From Octopus vulgaris (taxonomy: Eukaryota), in NCBI GenBank assembly GCA_951406725.2, contig OX597815.1, positions 77,004,001 through 77,068,000 of the forward strand: a DNA stretch of 64,000 nt, read 5' to 3'. The notes beneath the pieces were generated by a model that saw nothing but the letters and a program-made list of their open reading frames with translations, did no database searches and was not told where the DNA came from. Made by a program: the position numbers and the translations under genes. How positions within the stretch are numbered: position 1 is the first letter of the stretch; each line of letters starts with the position of its first letter. Shown in pieces: positions 13,496-26,972 of the stretch.

Positions 13496-14398
13496 TGACT
13501 GATTGATTGATTGAGTGATTGATAGTATTGTTATATAATACACATAGATATATGTTGTATTTTAAGCGCACACACGTAATATATTACATATGCATAACAT
13601 ATATATATGCCCGTATGTGTGTATCTATACTAATATATATTATGCATTATATTTCACATACATGTACATACAAACGTGTGTATATAGGTATGTATTTTAT
13701 ATATATATATATGTATATTTTATGCGCGTGTATAGGTTTATATATGTGTGTGTTCATATTTGTGTATAGATAAATATATGTGTATATATGTATGTGTGTG
13801 TTGTGTGATTGTGTACGTGAGTGCATGTGCATTTATGTGTACTTATTTACTTTAATAATTTTATTGCACTCTTGCTTTCTGTGTTATTTCCAAACTATTG
13901 TGTAATAGCACATACTGAGAATACAAGCGTATACATACATGCAGACACATATATACCCACTTATATGTATGAATGTATTTGTGTGAGAGAAAGGCAATGT
14001 GTGTATGTGCGTATATACATGCATTGTTATATGTATATATTCATATGGGTGTATATATGTCTACATGTGTGTTTCAATGCATTGGCATATATTTTTCTTA
14101 TGTCGCTATGTATTGGGCTAGCAAAAGCGCGAAGAAGCAATAAAACCTCATGGTACAAGGTGCTATTTTGCTGCGTGCAAATTAAGGCAATCAAAGAGAA
14201 GGACTTTATGTGCAATGCCACTTACTATAAAAATTTTCTATATTAGGAGAGTAGAGTTGGGTAGAGCTGGTTGGAAGAAGCAGTTTGATTCAGTAAAAGC
14301 AAATAAACCTGAATAATATATAAGATCAATACAACAGAGGGAATTCAAGAAAAGCCATTTAGGAACATGAAGTATCTGTGATATAATGTTGCTGTTGA

Positions 14399-14513
<115 letters not shown>

Positions 14514-14679
14514 CGGGATCAGCCATCTGAATGTAGCTAGGGACAGGGCGGGGTGGTGGGGATGTTACTGATGCATTTAGCCCCAGGCGACTATAGACGT
14601 CACTAGAAGAGCCGACACCATCACGGTGTCCTTGCTGGCCTGCAAAGGGAGATCAGCCTTCCCGAAGATACGGATGCTA

Positions 14680-14722
14680 CACACGGACCGGTTTCGAGGT
14701 AATCGCCTCTCGTCAGCGCATG
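14680..14722 (-). ncRNA. Intact minimal type I hammerhead ribozyme (left arm)
   Basis: Minus strand: CATGCG-CTGACGA-GAGG-CGATTA-CCTC-GAAA-CCGG-TC^CGTGTG. Confidence 0.88.
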
Positions 14723-14830
14723 GCAAGCACCGTTCTTCGTTGAGGGACTTCCTGTACAGGCCAGTTATATATAGATTTTCACAGTAACCACAGGCACTGG
14801 CGTCGAAAATCTGTTCGAAACGGTGCTTGC

Positions 14831-14873
14831 CATGCGCTGACGAGAGGCGATTACCTCGAAACCGGTCCGTGTG
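14831..14873 (+). ncRNA. Intact minimal type I hammerhead ribozyme (right arm)
   Basis: CATGCG/CGTGTG stem I, CUGACGA core, GAGG/CCTC stem II, GAAA, palindromic ACCGGT stem III; predicted GUC cleavage after 14867. Confidence 0.9.
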
Positions 14874-15089
14874 TAGCATCCGTATCTTCGGGGTGGCTGA
14901 TCTCCCTTTGCAGGCCAGCAAGGACACCGTGATGGTGTCGGCTCTTCTAGTGACGTCTATAGTCGCCTGGGGCTAAATGCATCAGTAACACCCCCACCAC
15001 CCCGCCCTGTCCCTAGCTACATTCAGATGGCTGATCCCGCTTATATTAAAGAGCAGTTACTGTTTATACCTCGCTCAGAGATTTATTAT

Positions 15090-15148
<59 letters not shown>

Positions 15149-15157
15149 CATATATAC

Positions 15158-15229
<72 letters not shown>

Positions 15230-15469
15230 ATAGTAATAATATTATTTGCCACAGAGTAAAGAAAGGACATTACAAGGAGATGTTATAAAAATAATTGTTT
15301 TACGATAATTTGATAATGGAAAAAATAACGGGTCAGGGAAAATACAAAAGGTATGAAATGACACGTTCCAATAGAGTGACACAAGCCTTAGACCAATCAA
15401 AGCATTATACAGATCCAGAATTTAACAAGTATCATTTTCCGGGAATGTTTTCCAGCTGGATGTTGTCGT

Positions 15470-16260
15470 CCTTACCACAATCATCAATCTCACCACTGTC
15501 TCAGCAAACTTACTGAAGTTATAATCTCTCCTTTCTTTCTGGCTTTCCTATTCAAGTGAAACTTAGAGGAATGAAGGGGGGGCTTTGCGATTGAAAAAGC
15601 TTTTTACTTTTCACGATGCAGTTCCTTTCCAAATGGCAACCAGACATGGTAAAGTCACCCTGTCAAGTCGTCCTACACGCGGAAAAGCTTGTTCAACAAA
15701 ACATCAGGATTCAACAATGCTCAGACACTGTGCGCATATTTTCGACAGGCTCAGCTGACGACAATAATATAGTGCGCGTAGTTTTTGCTCTCAACCGACA
15801 AAACTTCTCGATAGCATTTCCCTGTCAAGAATCTCTGAAAATTGTCTATTGATTCCGTCCTGAAAGTGCTTCAGAATATGTTTTTCGTTTCATTCTCGTC
15901 GGGGTCTAAAGTTTTCCTGTGCATCTCTTCTCCCCCCACCCCACCGCTAACGCTCTATTGTCCAGCTGGTAGAGAACGTGTGTGTCTAACAATAGTTCAG
16001 AGGCTGAGCACCGAATCTTAGAGTTTGCTTGCCTACGGATTGCAGTTCCATCAAAGAATCAAGATGTGGGAGAACGGGTCCTACAAACGGTAACGTCACT
16101 GAAACATCGCCAATTAAATTTTGTGGTCACTGAAATCGCACTGCGCAAGAAATAACATAAGGTATTTGCAGCCTCTGCCCTTGCGAGCTTTCCATATCAT
16201 AATTCGAAAGGGTTACATTTAAACACATCCAGTTTCTGTAACAATGGTCCATGATCCAAA
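15470..16260 (-). mobile_element. Degraded L1/Tx1-like LINE 3' fragment
   Basis: Minus-strand pieces QCLSIVES*CFVEQAFPRVGRL, PCLVA, KFHLNRKARR..SKFAE resemble the zf-RVT/C-terminal region of Tx1-type ORF2. Confidence 0.5.
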
Positions 16261-16609
16261 TGAACAAAGAAAATGACCGCAGTTATTATTCGAAGCGATT
16301 CCTAGATATGGACATTGGATAAATTAGAGTTGGTTTAGCACTGTTATATTTCGATGTTGTTCTGCACTGAGGAACCTTTATATTGTTAGATATAAACGCC
16401 GTGTTTTTATAGATAATAACTTCACAAATAGAAAAAGAGAGATCAAGCATTCTAATTCCAATCTGTCTGTTATTATCTTATCAGTGACTGACATGAATAG
16501 TGTTAAACTTACCAGGGTCATTGCTTATGTATATCAATAACGGTATAAATAAATTGGACTTACCAGTTTATATATATGTATATGTATATACACATACATA
16601 TATCTAAGA

Positions 16610-16643
<34 letters not shown>

Positions 16644-16690
16644 GCGATGGCTTTTCGTAAGCAGTGTCGATTTTTAAAATTCTGTAAATA

Positions 16691-16910
16691 ATAAGTTTAA
16701 AGCTTATAAGCGATCGCCGTGTAATGACTAAAGAAAATAATCTAATATTGGGGCATATAAACCCTCGACGGAAAAAAGAAGAATTTCCGTACACATGGGA
16801 CTCGAACCCACAGCTCTTTGTTTTCGCGACAAGTCTGTTACCAAGTTACCATTTATGCCCCTATTTTCTTTAGTCATTAATCGGTGGTCACTTATAAGCT
16901 TTAAGCTTAT
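16691..16910 (-). mobile_element. ~50-bp terminal inverted repeats enclosing a tRNA-like segment
   Basis: ATAAGTTTAAAGCTTATAAGCGATCGCCG..AATGACTAAAGAAAATA is mirrored at 16862-16910. The inside reads (minus) GGGCATAAATGGTAACTTGGTAAC...GTGGGTTCGAGTCCCAT. Confidence 0.7.
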
Positions 16911-16919
16911 AAAATATTG

Positions 16920-16958
<39 letters not shown>

Positions 16959-17119
16959 TATGTGCATACATCCTTGAGTATCTTTTGGCAGAGTCCGCCC
17001 TGGCGCAGTTCTGGTGAGTTAGGAACGCGCGTAATGTCTCCTTCCACTTTTCTATTCCTCAACTTCCTGCTTTTCCTGCTTCAACCACTGCCATTAATAA
17101 TAGTTATATCAAATTTTAG

Positions 17120-17730
17120 GCAATTTAAAGAGGAGAAAGGAGTCGATGCCATCGGGTCTAGTACTTGACTGTTACTTTATGTTATCGACCCCGAAAGAAT
17201 GAAAATCAAAGTCAGTCTCGGTGATATTTGAACTCTGAATGTACATAGCCGAAAGAAATGTTGTTAAGCATTTTTTCCGAAGCGCTAACGATTCTGTCAT
17301 TCCGCCGCTTTACTAACGATAATAATATTTTCTACTATAAGCGTAGGGCTTGATATTTTCGGGGAAGGGACATGTCGATCCAGTACTCAACTGGTGCTTA
17401 TTTTATCGACCTGGAATAGATAAAAGGCAGAGGTGACCTCGCCGAAATTTGAACTCAGAATGTAAAACCGGAAGAAATGCTGCGAAGCATTTTACTCGGC
17501 ATGCTACTGATTCTGCCAGCTCACCACCTTTCTTTCTAATTTTGGCACAATATCAGGAAAGGGGAGGCCAATCGATTACATCGACTTCAATATATGAATA
17601 GTACCTTATTTCGCTGACCCGAAATGCTGAAAGATAAATTTGGCCACGGAGGCATTTGATCTCGGAATTAAAATATCGGGAAAAAAGCTAAGCCTTTCAA
17701 CGCGATAACAATTCTGCGATTTCGCAGCTT
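17120..17730 (-). mobile_element. Three degraded tandem Meta-core SINE copies
   Basis: Repeated TATCGACC...GAAA.G...TTTGAACTC.GAA blocks. Confidence 0.7.
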
Positions 17731-17822
17731 TATTAGCAACAATATATTCCATTATCACAGGGATGCTGAAGATGAATAATTATAAAGATATACAAAATGG
17801 GAGAGATTTTACATTGAACAGA

Positions 17823-17855
<33 letters not shown>

Positions 17856-18151
17856 ATCGAGTAGGGGTTGTCATTAGAAAGAATTGGAGCTAAATACATT
17901 GTTGGACGACATGCAAAGGTAATGCATCAAGTGGGTGTATCAAACGTAATCTTAAAAAACAAAAAGCAACAATACAAATATACTTTCTACAACTGATCTT
18001 AGACATCTAATTCGGTTGCTGTAAACAGCTTGTTGCACGAACAAAACACGATCTCGTGTTTCCTATGCTAATTCATTTGTTATAGGCCGTCTGTTATATA
18101 TGTATATGTGTGTGTGTGTGTGTGCGATTTTACGTATATGTATACATGCAC

Positions 18152-18204
<53 letters not shown>

Positions 18205-18432
18205 CATGTATACACACACACATATATGTGTACATTTGTGTGTGTCTGTATCAGTCATTTGTTACATTGTTATGTATCATGACATTGCTAGATTGTGAGA
18301 AGTAAATTGTATATTTTAGATAGACAGACAGACAGACAGTTAGATACTGCAATGGAATCAAGGTTGTCATATTAAACAAAGAAAGCCGGTGTAGAAATTC
18401 GATGGTCACAGAAAAATAATTTGTGCCCTCTA

Positions 18433-18531
<99 letters not shown>

Positions 18532-19149
18532 AATAGCGAATTAATACCATTCCTAGTAATGTAAACATTATCGATCGCACATACAGCGTGAAGACTTTTT
18601 GCTGATGTGCGTATCAGCAAAGAGTTTTCACTCTATTCGCATTAAAGTCATAGACTAGGAATTTGATTCGTTTTGTGATGGACCAAGGTGAACTGTCTCG
18701 ACTGGTCTATGAAATTCGAACGCTCAGCGTTATGTAGGGAGCATTCCTAGACCATATCTACAGCAAATACGTCGTATAGACAAAATACATACTCTATGTA
18801 TGTGCCATCGATGATACATACATACATACATACATACATACATACATACATACATACATACATACATACAAGCATACATGCATACATGCATGCATACATA
18901 CATACATATGTATATATACATACATATAAATATATGTATATATATTTATGTATACGCGTATAGTTTATGAAACTACTCCAGTCGAGAGAGGTATTACTGA
19001 ACAGTATTAAAGAGAGAGGTAAAATGCCGACATAAGAATAACTTTACGTATAATAAAATGAAAAATATATAAAATTATAACACCACCCCCATCCCACCCA
19101 GTATGTAATCTCCTAAGCAACTATGAAGAAGATAGTTAAATGTAGTTAT

Positions 19150-19800
19150 AAAATAATTTTATAGTAGTGTTAGATACCGATATACCAGGAACCAAGAATT
19201 TATTTTAAAATATTACCTTAAAAGGAATAGACAAGCCACATTTAGTCTAACAAATCTCTAAGTCTTAAACGCTATTAAAAGAATCCAGTTACAGCTAGAT
19301 TTAAGAGTATCTAGTTATTATAACCCCTTGAATTCAACCTCTCTAATATTATTAGTCTTGGAGAAATTTTCATAGTATTTTATTTTATTCATGTTATTCC
19401 CATAACATGACAGAGGGACGAGCCATTTGCACAGGAACGGGAAGGGGTAAACATTATATCGATAAGTATTCTTCCTTTGTTATTTTTTTTACTAAATTTC
19501 TAATTAATTTATTCAATAAATTTATAACATATATAGGGGTTTTTACTAAATAATATTTTTAGATAATATGTTTGACATAAAAAATGGTAAATTATGCTTG
19601 TATGGATAGGGGTAAATGTTATACTAAATTGTTAATTCCCGTAATGTTTATATAGATAGGTTGTAGGATTTGATGTGTTTATAATATAGTCGTTGAGGGT
19701 TTCCTTAGGTTTAGCATTTTCTATAAATATATATCGGTAATGTAATTCTAGATGTTTAATTCTTTTTAATTTTTAAAATTTTATTAGTTTTTTAATTTTT
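19150..19800 (-). mobile_element. Highly degraded PLE RT fragment
   Basis: Minus-strand remnants GNPQRL/IINTSNPTTY (cf. GNPLRPIIN...PTY) and CANGSSLCHVM (cf. G.AMGSPLS); a + strand hammerhead remnant lies just beyond it. Confidence 0.4.
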
Positions 19801-20124
19801 AAATATATATTCGTAATTTGTATATTTTTATTCTGGTGCATTTATGTATTAGGTATAACCTTGATAAGCACCCCACCAGCGCAGAAACACGTGTAGCATT
19901 AATTAAAACTACCTTCTTTCCCCACAGACTAATAACAGGTAAGTTATATATATTTTTTCAAATAATTTCATTGTATTTAAAGTAGGTTTTTAAATGCTTA
20001 CATTATTTTATTGGATATAACTTTCTATGTGTATTCCATACAATAAGGATATCCTGAAATAGGAGTTGCTGTTCTATTGGTAAAATCACAAATTTGTAAT
20101 AATATATACATATTATATATACAT

Positions 20125-20185
<61 letters not shown>

Positions 20186-20699
20186 CACACACACACACGT
20201 ACGTACACACGACCGTCCTGGGCTGTATTTGAAGACGCTCGCTTAACGTACCGCGCAGTGGGACTCAACCATATGGTTGGGAAATAAATTTCATATTACA
20301 CAGCCATACCTGTGCCTATATATGCATATATGTACTTATGTAGATATATATGGGTGTGTATATGTGCTTAAGTATATTGTTTTACACTTTATCTTTTATT
20401 AAACTTTTAATACTTTTGATATTTATAAATAAAAAAAAATTTTTTAATAAATAAAAAAATTTTTAAAATAATAAATAAAAAATAAAAATAAAAATAAATA
20501 ATTAATTAAACAAAATAATATATAAATATACATACATATATATATATATTTGTATATATATATATATATATTTAAAATTTATAAGTTTAAATTATTTTAG
20601 TAATTTTTTAATTTTTTAATTTTATATTTTAAAATTAATTTTATGTATTGGCTTATGTTTTTCACTGTTTGATTTGCCTAATAGTGGTTTTATCTCTAA

Positions 20700-20774
<75 letters not shown>

Positions 20775-20778
<4 letters not shown>

Positions 20779-21830
20779 TACAGATTCTTACAGTTCTAGT
20801 GATGGATTGGATCTGTAGTCTTCGAATTAGCTTTCTCCTTTCTGGTTTTGAGAAGCCTAAGTTCTCAAGATTGGTATTTAAGCAGTGTGTTATATATCTC
20901 AGGTCCCCAATAATTACAAGTATAAACCTGAACTTGTAATCTGGATAGAGTAACTGCAGATTTCTCAATAATTCAGCATACGTGTTCTCTTTTTCACTGA
21001 TCTTTAGCTTTATGTTAACATCCGCTGGGCAGCTAATTTCCACAACTGCACAGTTTCTTTTCCCTATTCCAACTCATTATATCATGTCTGTTGTGCTTAC
21101 ATTTTATTGAGGTCTTCACTGGTACATTCCACCAGTATTCCTTTTTATTATGAGTGGCTATGGCTTCTACCATATTGTGGGTTGGTTTTTATTTCTTTGT
21201 CTTCGGGATTATCCTTCCGAGGGATTTCATGAAAGAGTGTCCTAGTTACAATGTCATGTCTCATCGGTAGATAATACCGTGATGACATTTTCGGACAACT
21301 GCTTATGATGTGGGTGGTATCTTTAGTGTGAACTCCACAAAGTCTGCATCGGTTGTCACATTTTACGGCTTTTCCTGAATTTCTATCCTTTTTGTGCATC
21401 AGGTACTTGGTTGGTATTTCCTGTTCCTGGATTGCAAACGCATAGCCTTCAAAAAGGGAGGTAATAATCCGGCTATTCGTCCATGATAAACTGCTTTGAT
21501 GACCGACGTTATTATCATCATAGAGCTTTCTACTAACATATCCATGAATAGTCTTCTTCTCATATAGACTCATCCTTTCATCTAATGATATGTTGCGGTA
21601 AAGTTGTGCGACTTCTTTGGGCATGTATTCTAGATTATCAGACAAAGAGTGTTGCTCAGGGAGCTACATTCCAAGTCTTATGATGTTATCAGCCTCATGT
21701 ATGCAAACTTGGTCAAGGGATGCACTTCAACGCTTGGTGGTTAAAAGATGTTGCCGAAGGGATATGATACGACATTCAAAGGCTGTTTTGATCAATGTTA
21801 AGCTTCTCCCGCCTTGTTTTCGTTTTAGTT
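20775..21830 (-). mobile_element. R4/Dong-group RLE LINE 3' fragment ending in (TA)n
   Basis: HGY..AIQEQEIPTK..CRLCG..TTHIISSCP..RHD; WNVPV..HNRHDI..VVEISCP..EKENTY (CCHC zinc knuckle plus restriction-like endonuclease). Confidence 0.85.
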
Positions 21831-21967
21831 AGAGGTGGTCTACGTCACTGTTTATGTGGAAATTATGTGTGCTTGATTGTATTTTCAGATTCCCGGTTAT
21901 TATGACTAGAATACAGATGCGTTGTGCACGCTCGTCGGATTTTCGGATTTTCGTTTTCACCGAACGT

Positions 21968-22410
21968 ATGGAGCAGAGATTATGCATCAAGTTTTTCCAA
22001 AAGCTTCGCGATATTCAAACTCAAACCATTCAGAAGATTCAGCAGGCCTTTGACAATGATACCATGAGCAAAACTTGGATCAAGGAGTTGTACAGTGGAG
22101 ACCAAAGCACGCTCGTCCACAAGCCGAGACGAGGAGCTGACTGAGAAGGTTCGCTGTATAGTCGTGGATGACCGTCATGTAACAATCCAAGAAATTGCAC
22201 ACGAAGTGGGAATAAGCACAAGGTCAATGCATTACATTTTAACGGAAGATTTGTGCATACAGAAAGTGTCGGCGAACTTCGTCCCCAAGGTGCTGGCGGA
22301 ATAGCAGAACCAACTCCTCATGGAAATTGCTCAGGACATGCTGGGTTATGCGAACCACGTGACAGACTTTATGAAGATCAATATTACTGGTGATAAGACA
22401 TGAGTTTAAG
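21968..22410 (+). mobile_element. Mariner transposase N-terminal pseudogene
   Basis: MEQRLCIKFF..(HTH)..DRHVTIQEIAHEVGIS..ILTEDL..KVSANFVPKVL..ITGDKT*V (WVPxxL and TGDETW motifs). Confidence 0.88.
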
Positions 22411-24799
22411 GTCTCTGCTCGATGCGTAATTACGAAAATCCGACGAGCGCGTACGACACCTCAGTATTATATGCGAAACATTTTAGGTATGTGTGTGTGC
22501 ATGTGTGCGTATGTATGTATTATGTGTGTGATGTGTGTGTGTGCATATGTGTGTGTGCATATGTGTGTGTGTGTGTGTGTGTGTATTTGTAGCTTAGTTT
22601 ATTTGTATATACATACGTATGTTATTCAAGCCGTTGTTGTTACTGCAGCTACCGAAATCTGAAATATTTCCATTCTAACTCAGTATATATACCAGTTTGA
22701 AAAAAAATTCGGCGCATGGCGAACAACTAAAAAATAATACGTATTGTAAATGAATTTCAAAATGGTATTCAGTTCACCTCCCGTTGTATAATTTTTTCAA
22801 ATTTTATTTTACTTATTTATGTGTTTGATATGCAGTAAAATATCAAATTTTTACATTGGAAAATATTCTATGTACTCAGGAAAGGAGTATGCTCTCGTTG
22901 ATCTCAAAATTAATTGGCATCGGATAGAGTAATAACTTCAATAAAAATTCAATCTAAATTGACGATCATTCACCTGTTCACATAACTTAGAAGTATTTTA
23001 ATTATATTCCGAAATTATTTTTATGGTAAAGGTCTGAAAGCAAACAACCCTAGCAAAAGATTAAGAAAACAACAACTAGGATTCAATGTAACACCTTATC
23101 TTTATTGATCATAGACTGAACAATCTCATTCAGCTAATTCAGAATTAGAACTTAAATCTGTGTGTTATTAGTATTATTAGTGATCAAATTAATCTTAAGT
23201 TCGTGATTAATTACCAGGAAAACTAACTGAAGCTGTGGCAGATTAAGGTGGAAGTGAGGTGATATCATACTCCACTTGTATATATTTCATTCATAATTAC
23301 CTCTTCATTTACTCTTATCGATTTGAAATCTCGAAAGATTTATTTTATATCTTCGACTAAATTTTGTCTGATGTTTTGCAAGATAACGCGAATCTTGTCA
23401 CAGAAATTAAGTTCGTAAATCTCTTGTCATTATTTTATCCTACAGAAGGGTGAACGGGCAGAAGAAACAGTCAAATGTCGGATTAAATGCCTTAAGATAT
23501 TTAGTTACATCTTTTGACGCTGCTCAAATCTAGCCGAGATTAATTTTGACTTTCATATTCCCAAAATCGATAAAATATGTAACAGATTTAATCAACTCCT
23601 CACTTTACCAAAACTTTTTCAGGAATTAATATTTACTTACATCTATATATGTTCTAGGTTCAATTTCTGGGTCAATTTAATCACTTTTACCCATTCCTAG
23701 ATTTGTACCAATGTTAGACATCAAAATCTCCAAAGATTTTTTACCTGACCAATATGTCTTGTTAGTATTTATTATATACTTATATGTTTTACATGTTCTA
23801 TAATTTCATTGAAAGTTTCTTAACTTGGCTCATCAACTAACGAAAAGTAAGAGTGATGTTTATTTAATTTCAAGCTTAGTAATGAAACAACAATTTCAGT
23901 GAGAGATGTATTTGAATTGAGCTACGTAAATCAGACTAACCGACGTATCATGCAGTTAGTTGATCGAGATCTCCACTATTTGACACCCCTTGTGTATACT
24001 ACTACGTGATCACAATACAACTTAAGACTAAAATTATAATGTAATCAAAATTTCTCTTCTATCATTAGCTTTGCAGAGTATGCAAACTGCCACACACCGA
24101 TCTTAATCTGCTGAATACAATTATCCTCTGTGTATTTAGGTTTGTACTTTTTCACGATTATCTGTCATACTGATATGTTGGTGATTGTTATCGATGATAA
24201 ATTGACATACTATTCAGTGAATGAGAAATGTTCTCAGATTTAACACTGAGGAATTCAAAGATAAGCATCACCGCATTGACTTCTGGATAAGATAATATAT
24301 ATAAGTTTATTTAATAAACAAGATAATTCATTAGTAGGGTTTTTTTTCTAATTAAGAATAGTGTTAAAATGATTTTCAAGATTCAGAATACTATGTGGTA
24401 ACAGAATACTAAAGTGACATTCAACATGTTTTCGAAGAAACTTAGTAAGATCTCGTTTGCTTTTTTCAAGCTCGTGTTAGAAGAATGTAAATCTGAATTG
24501 CTGGCCTAGTGCCAACATTTGAAACCATTATTATTATCATTTAAAACGGTTTGATTCGGTCCCATGCACCTTAAGGTTTCGTTCCTGCTAAATGTGATGA
24601 GTGCCACTTTCTTTCATTTGTCCAATCACTCGTATATCTATCCATCCATAAACATACATACATACATACATGCATACATACATACATACATACATACATG
24701 CATACATACATACATACATACATACATACATACATACATACATACATACACACACACACATGCATGCATGCATACATGCATACATACATACATATATAC

Positions 24800-24966
24800 A
24801 TACGACAGGCTTGTAGACAGTTCCCATCTACCAAATTCACCAACGCATTGGTCAACCCTGGGTTATAGTAGATAACATTAGCCCAAGATGCTACACAGTA
24901 GGACTGAACACGAAACTACGTTGTTGCAAAGCTAGCGTCTTAACCATTCAGCAGTGCCCGTGTCTA
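24800..24966 (-). mobile_element. SINE head (same family as 11866-12285)
   Basis: Reverse-complement similarity to 11866-12030. Confidence 0.7.
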
Positions 24967-26188
24967 CATATACTGAAATTAAATGTGGACATGGAATATA
25001 AAAATAGAAAGAAGTATAAGTGAACCATTTCCATTTGATATTTGTACTTCTTGTTCTTTTTATAAATCATCTATTCTGTCTTCACATGTCTATTCTCGTG
25101 TGGGAAGAATTCGTTTCAGCGAACAACACTTCTAAATTACATGTCAGAATCCTGGTACATTGACGTGTTACAATTAATTCGTCCTTTCTTTGTTCCTACC
25201 ATCTCTATTGCCAAATAAATTAAGAACACTCTACTCAATAAATCAGTTAAGTGAAACTAGTTGATAATTTAACCAAGGAGTAGACGTCGTGTGTTCTTTG
25301 CCGTTACGGCTTATCCCGTGATTACTATCCAACCAATTAAAACAATTACTTTTAGAAGACATACACGTATATCTTGGTTTATATATCTTGAGATAATGGA
25401 ACTTGGTTTATATATCTTTGAGATAATGGAACATAGGCAAGTATATCTGTAAATGGAACCTTTCTTCTTACTATCTATTATACTACCCCTAAGTAATTCA
25501 AGCCTCTCACTCCTTCTTCCACCAGCAAAATTTTATGAAGTTATTTTATTAAGTTACTTATATCCCACACTACCTCTTATACAAGCCATGTCTGGATAAA
25601 TGAAATAAAAAATGCATATATATACATACTATACAATATATATGCATACACACATATTTATTTTTATCTGTTTTATTGTTATTGTTTATTTTTTTATATT
25701 TCATTTTATATTGTAAATTAATCTCAACAAGCACAAGTAGATGTATATAGTACACTTAGATGGACTAACTCTGATTTCTGCTCAAATTTCCCCTTCTTAT
25801 TTACTCCTACTTCAGTATACGAGTTTGCATTTCCTACCGCTCTTATCTAGCTTGTGCTTTCACATCCATTATTATTAGATGTATTAGATGCTAGCTGTAA
25901 TTACTCTTCTATACAGATTTGTATAATTTTTATATACATTTTTAAATACATTACAGAATTTTATACAGCTTTTATAACCCAATAATCTTTAAAAGCTCGC
26001 ACAAACACACATATATTCATATTTTTGCTTCAACTCTTATAAAATTATCTCCCAATTTTATACATTTCAATGGATCCTACCTCTTTAGACTTAGATTTTT
26101 ATGCGTTTCCTCTCACATTTAATATTATAACAGCAAACCGAATTAACCGATTGTTTTAAACTAAATCCCTATAAGATTACCATATTTA

Positions 26189-26230
<42 letters not shown>

Positions 26231-26310
26231 TTATTCTTATTATAAAATAATAAAAAGTATAACAATTTATAATTTACAATTTTTCTATATTTTTCTATTA
26301 CTTTCTTATG

Positions 26311-26640
26311 CCAGTAAGTGACACATGCATTGGTTCTATTTAACTTAATTATTTGTCAATTGATTAGTAATTTAACCAACTAACAAATCGATTGTTTATT
26401 TAGTCATTTGGTTAATCGATCGACCATTTGTGTCTCTCTCTGAGACAAGCCTGAAATTGACCTAGAGTAGAGAGGGCATATCACTGTAGAGCTCCCGAAT
26501 GGTGATGAAAGGACACCGGTAACACAATTGATTGATTAACCGAATGATTACTCAAACAATTGATTAGTTAGTTGGCTAAATAGTTTTTAAAAATTGGCAA
26601 ATAATAAAGGGAAACCGAACCATTCGTATGTTTAATTTTG
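26311..26640. mobile_element. MITE-like element with ~120-bp imperfect TIRs
   Basis: TTAACCAACTAACAAATCGATTGTTT..GGTTAATCGATC is mirrored by GATTGATTAACC..AAACAATTGATTAGTTAGTTGGCTAA; a related copy lies at 63781-64000. Confidence 0.7.
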
Positions 26641-26905
26641 GAATAATGACCCTTCCGAGATACAACAAAATTTGTTTCAACACACGAGATCACATCAAAA
26701 ATTTTGAAAACCAAATACAAACACGAAATTATTCTCTTACCTATTTAAATACAGGACATAATAATTTCTAAGTTTCGGTTTACGTGTGTGCACGCGCAGT
26801 GTGTGCATCTTTGTATATGTATGCATGTATGTATGTATGTATGTATGTATGTATGTATGTATGTATGTATGTATGTATAACTACCTAGCTAGCTAGCTAG
26901 CTAGC

Positions 26906-26972
<67 letters not shown>

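Noticed and set aside
14577-14927. 116-aa ORF in the palindrome
   Set aside because: It is a by-product of GC-rich inverted arms with no convincing domain; ENLYI..SLNEER only faintly recalls a PLE endonuclease end.
25373-25432. 29-bp direct repeat (also 30 bp at 4909) as a CRISPR-like array
   Set aside because: Only two adjacent copies with no spacers, in a eukaryotic context; these are simple tandem duplications.
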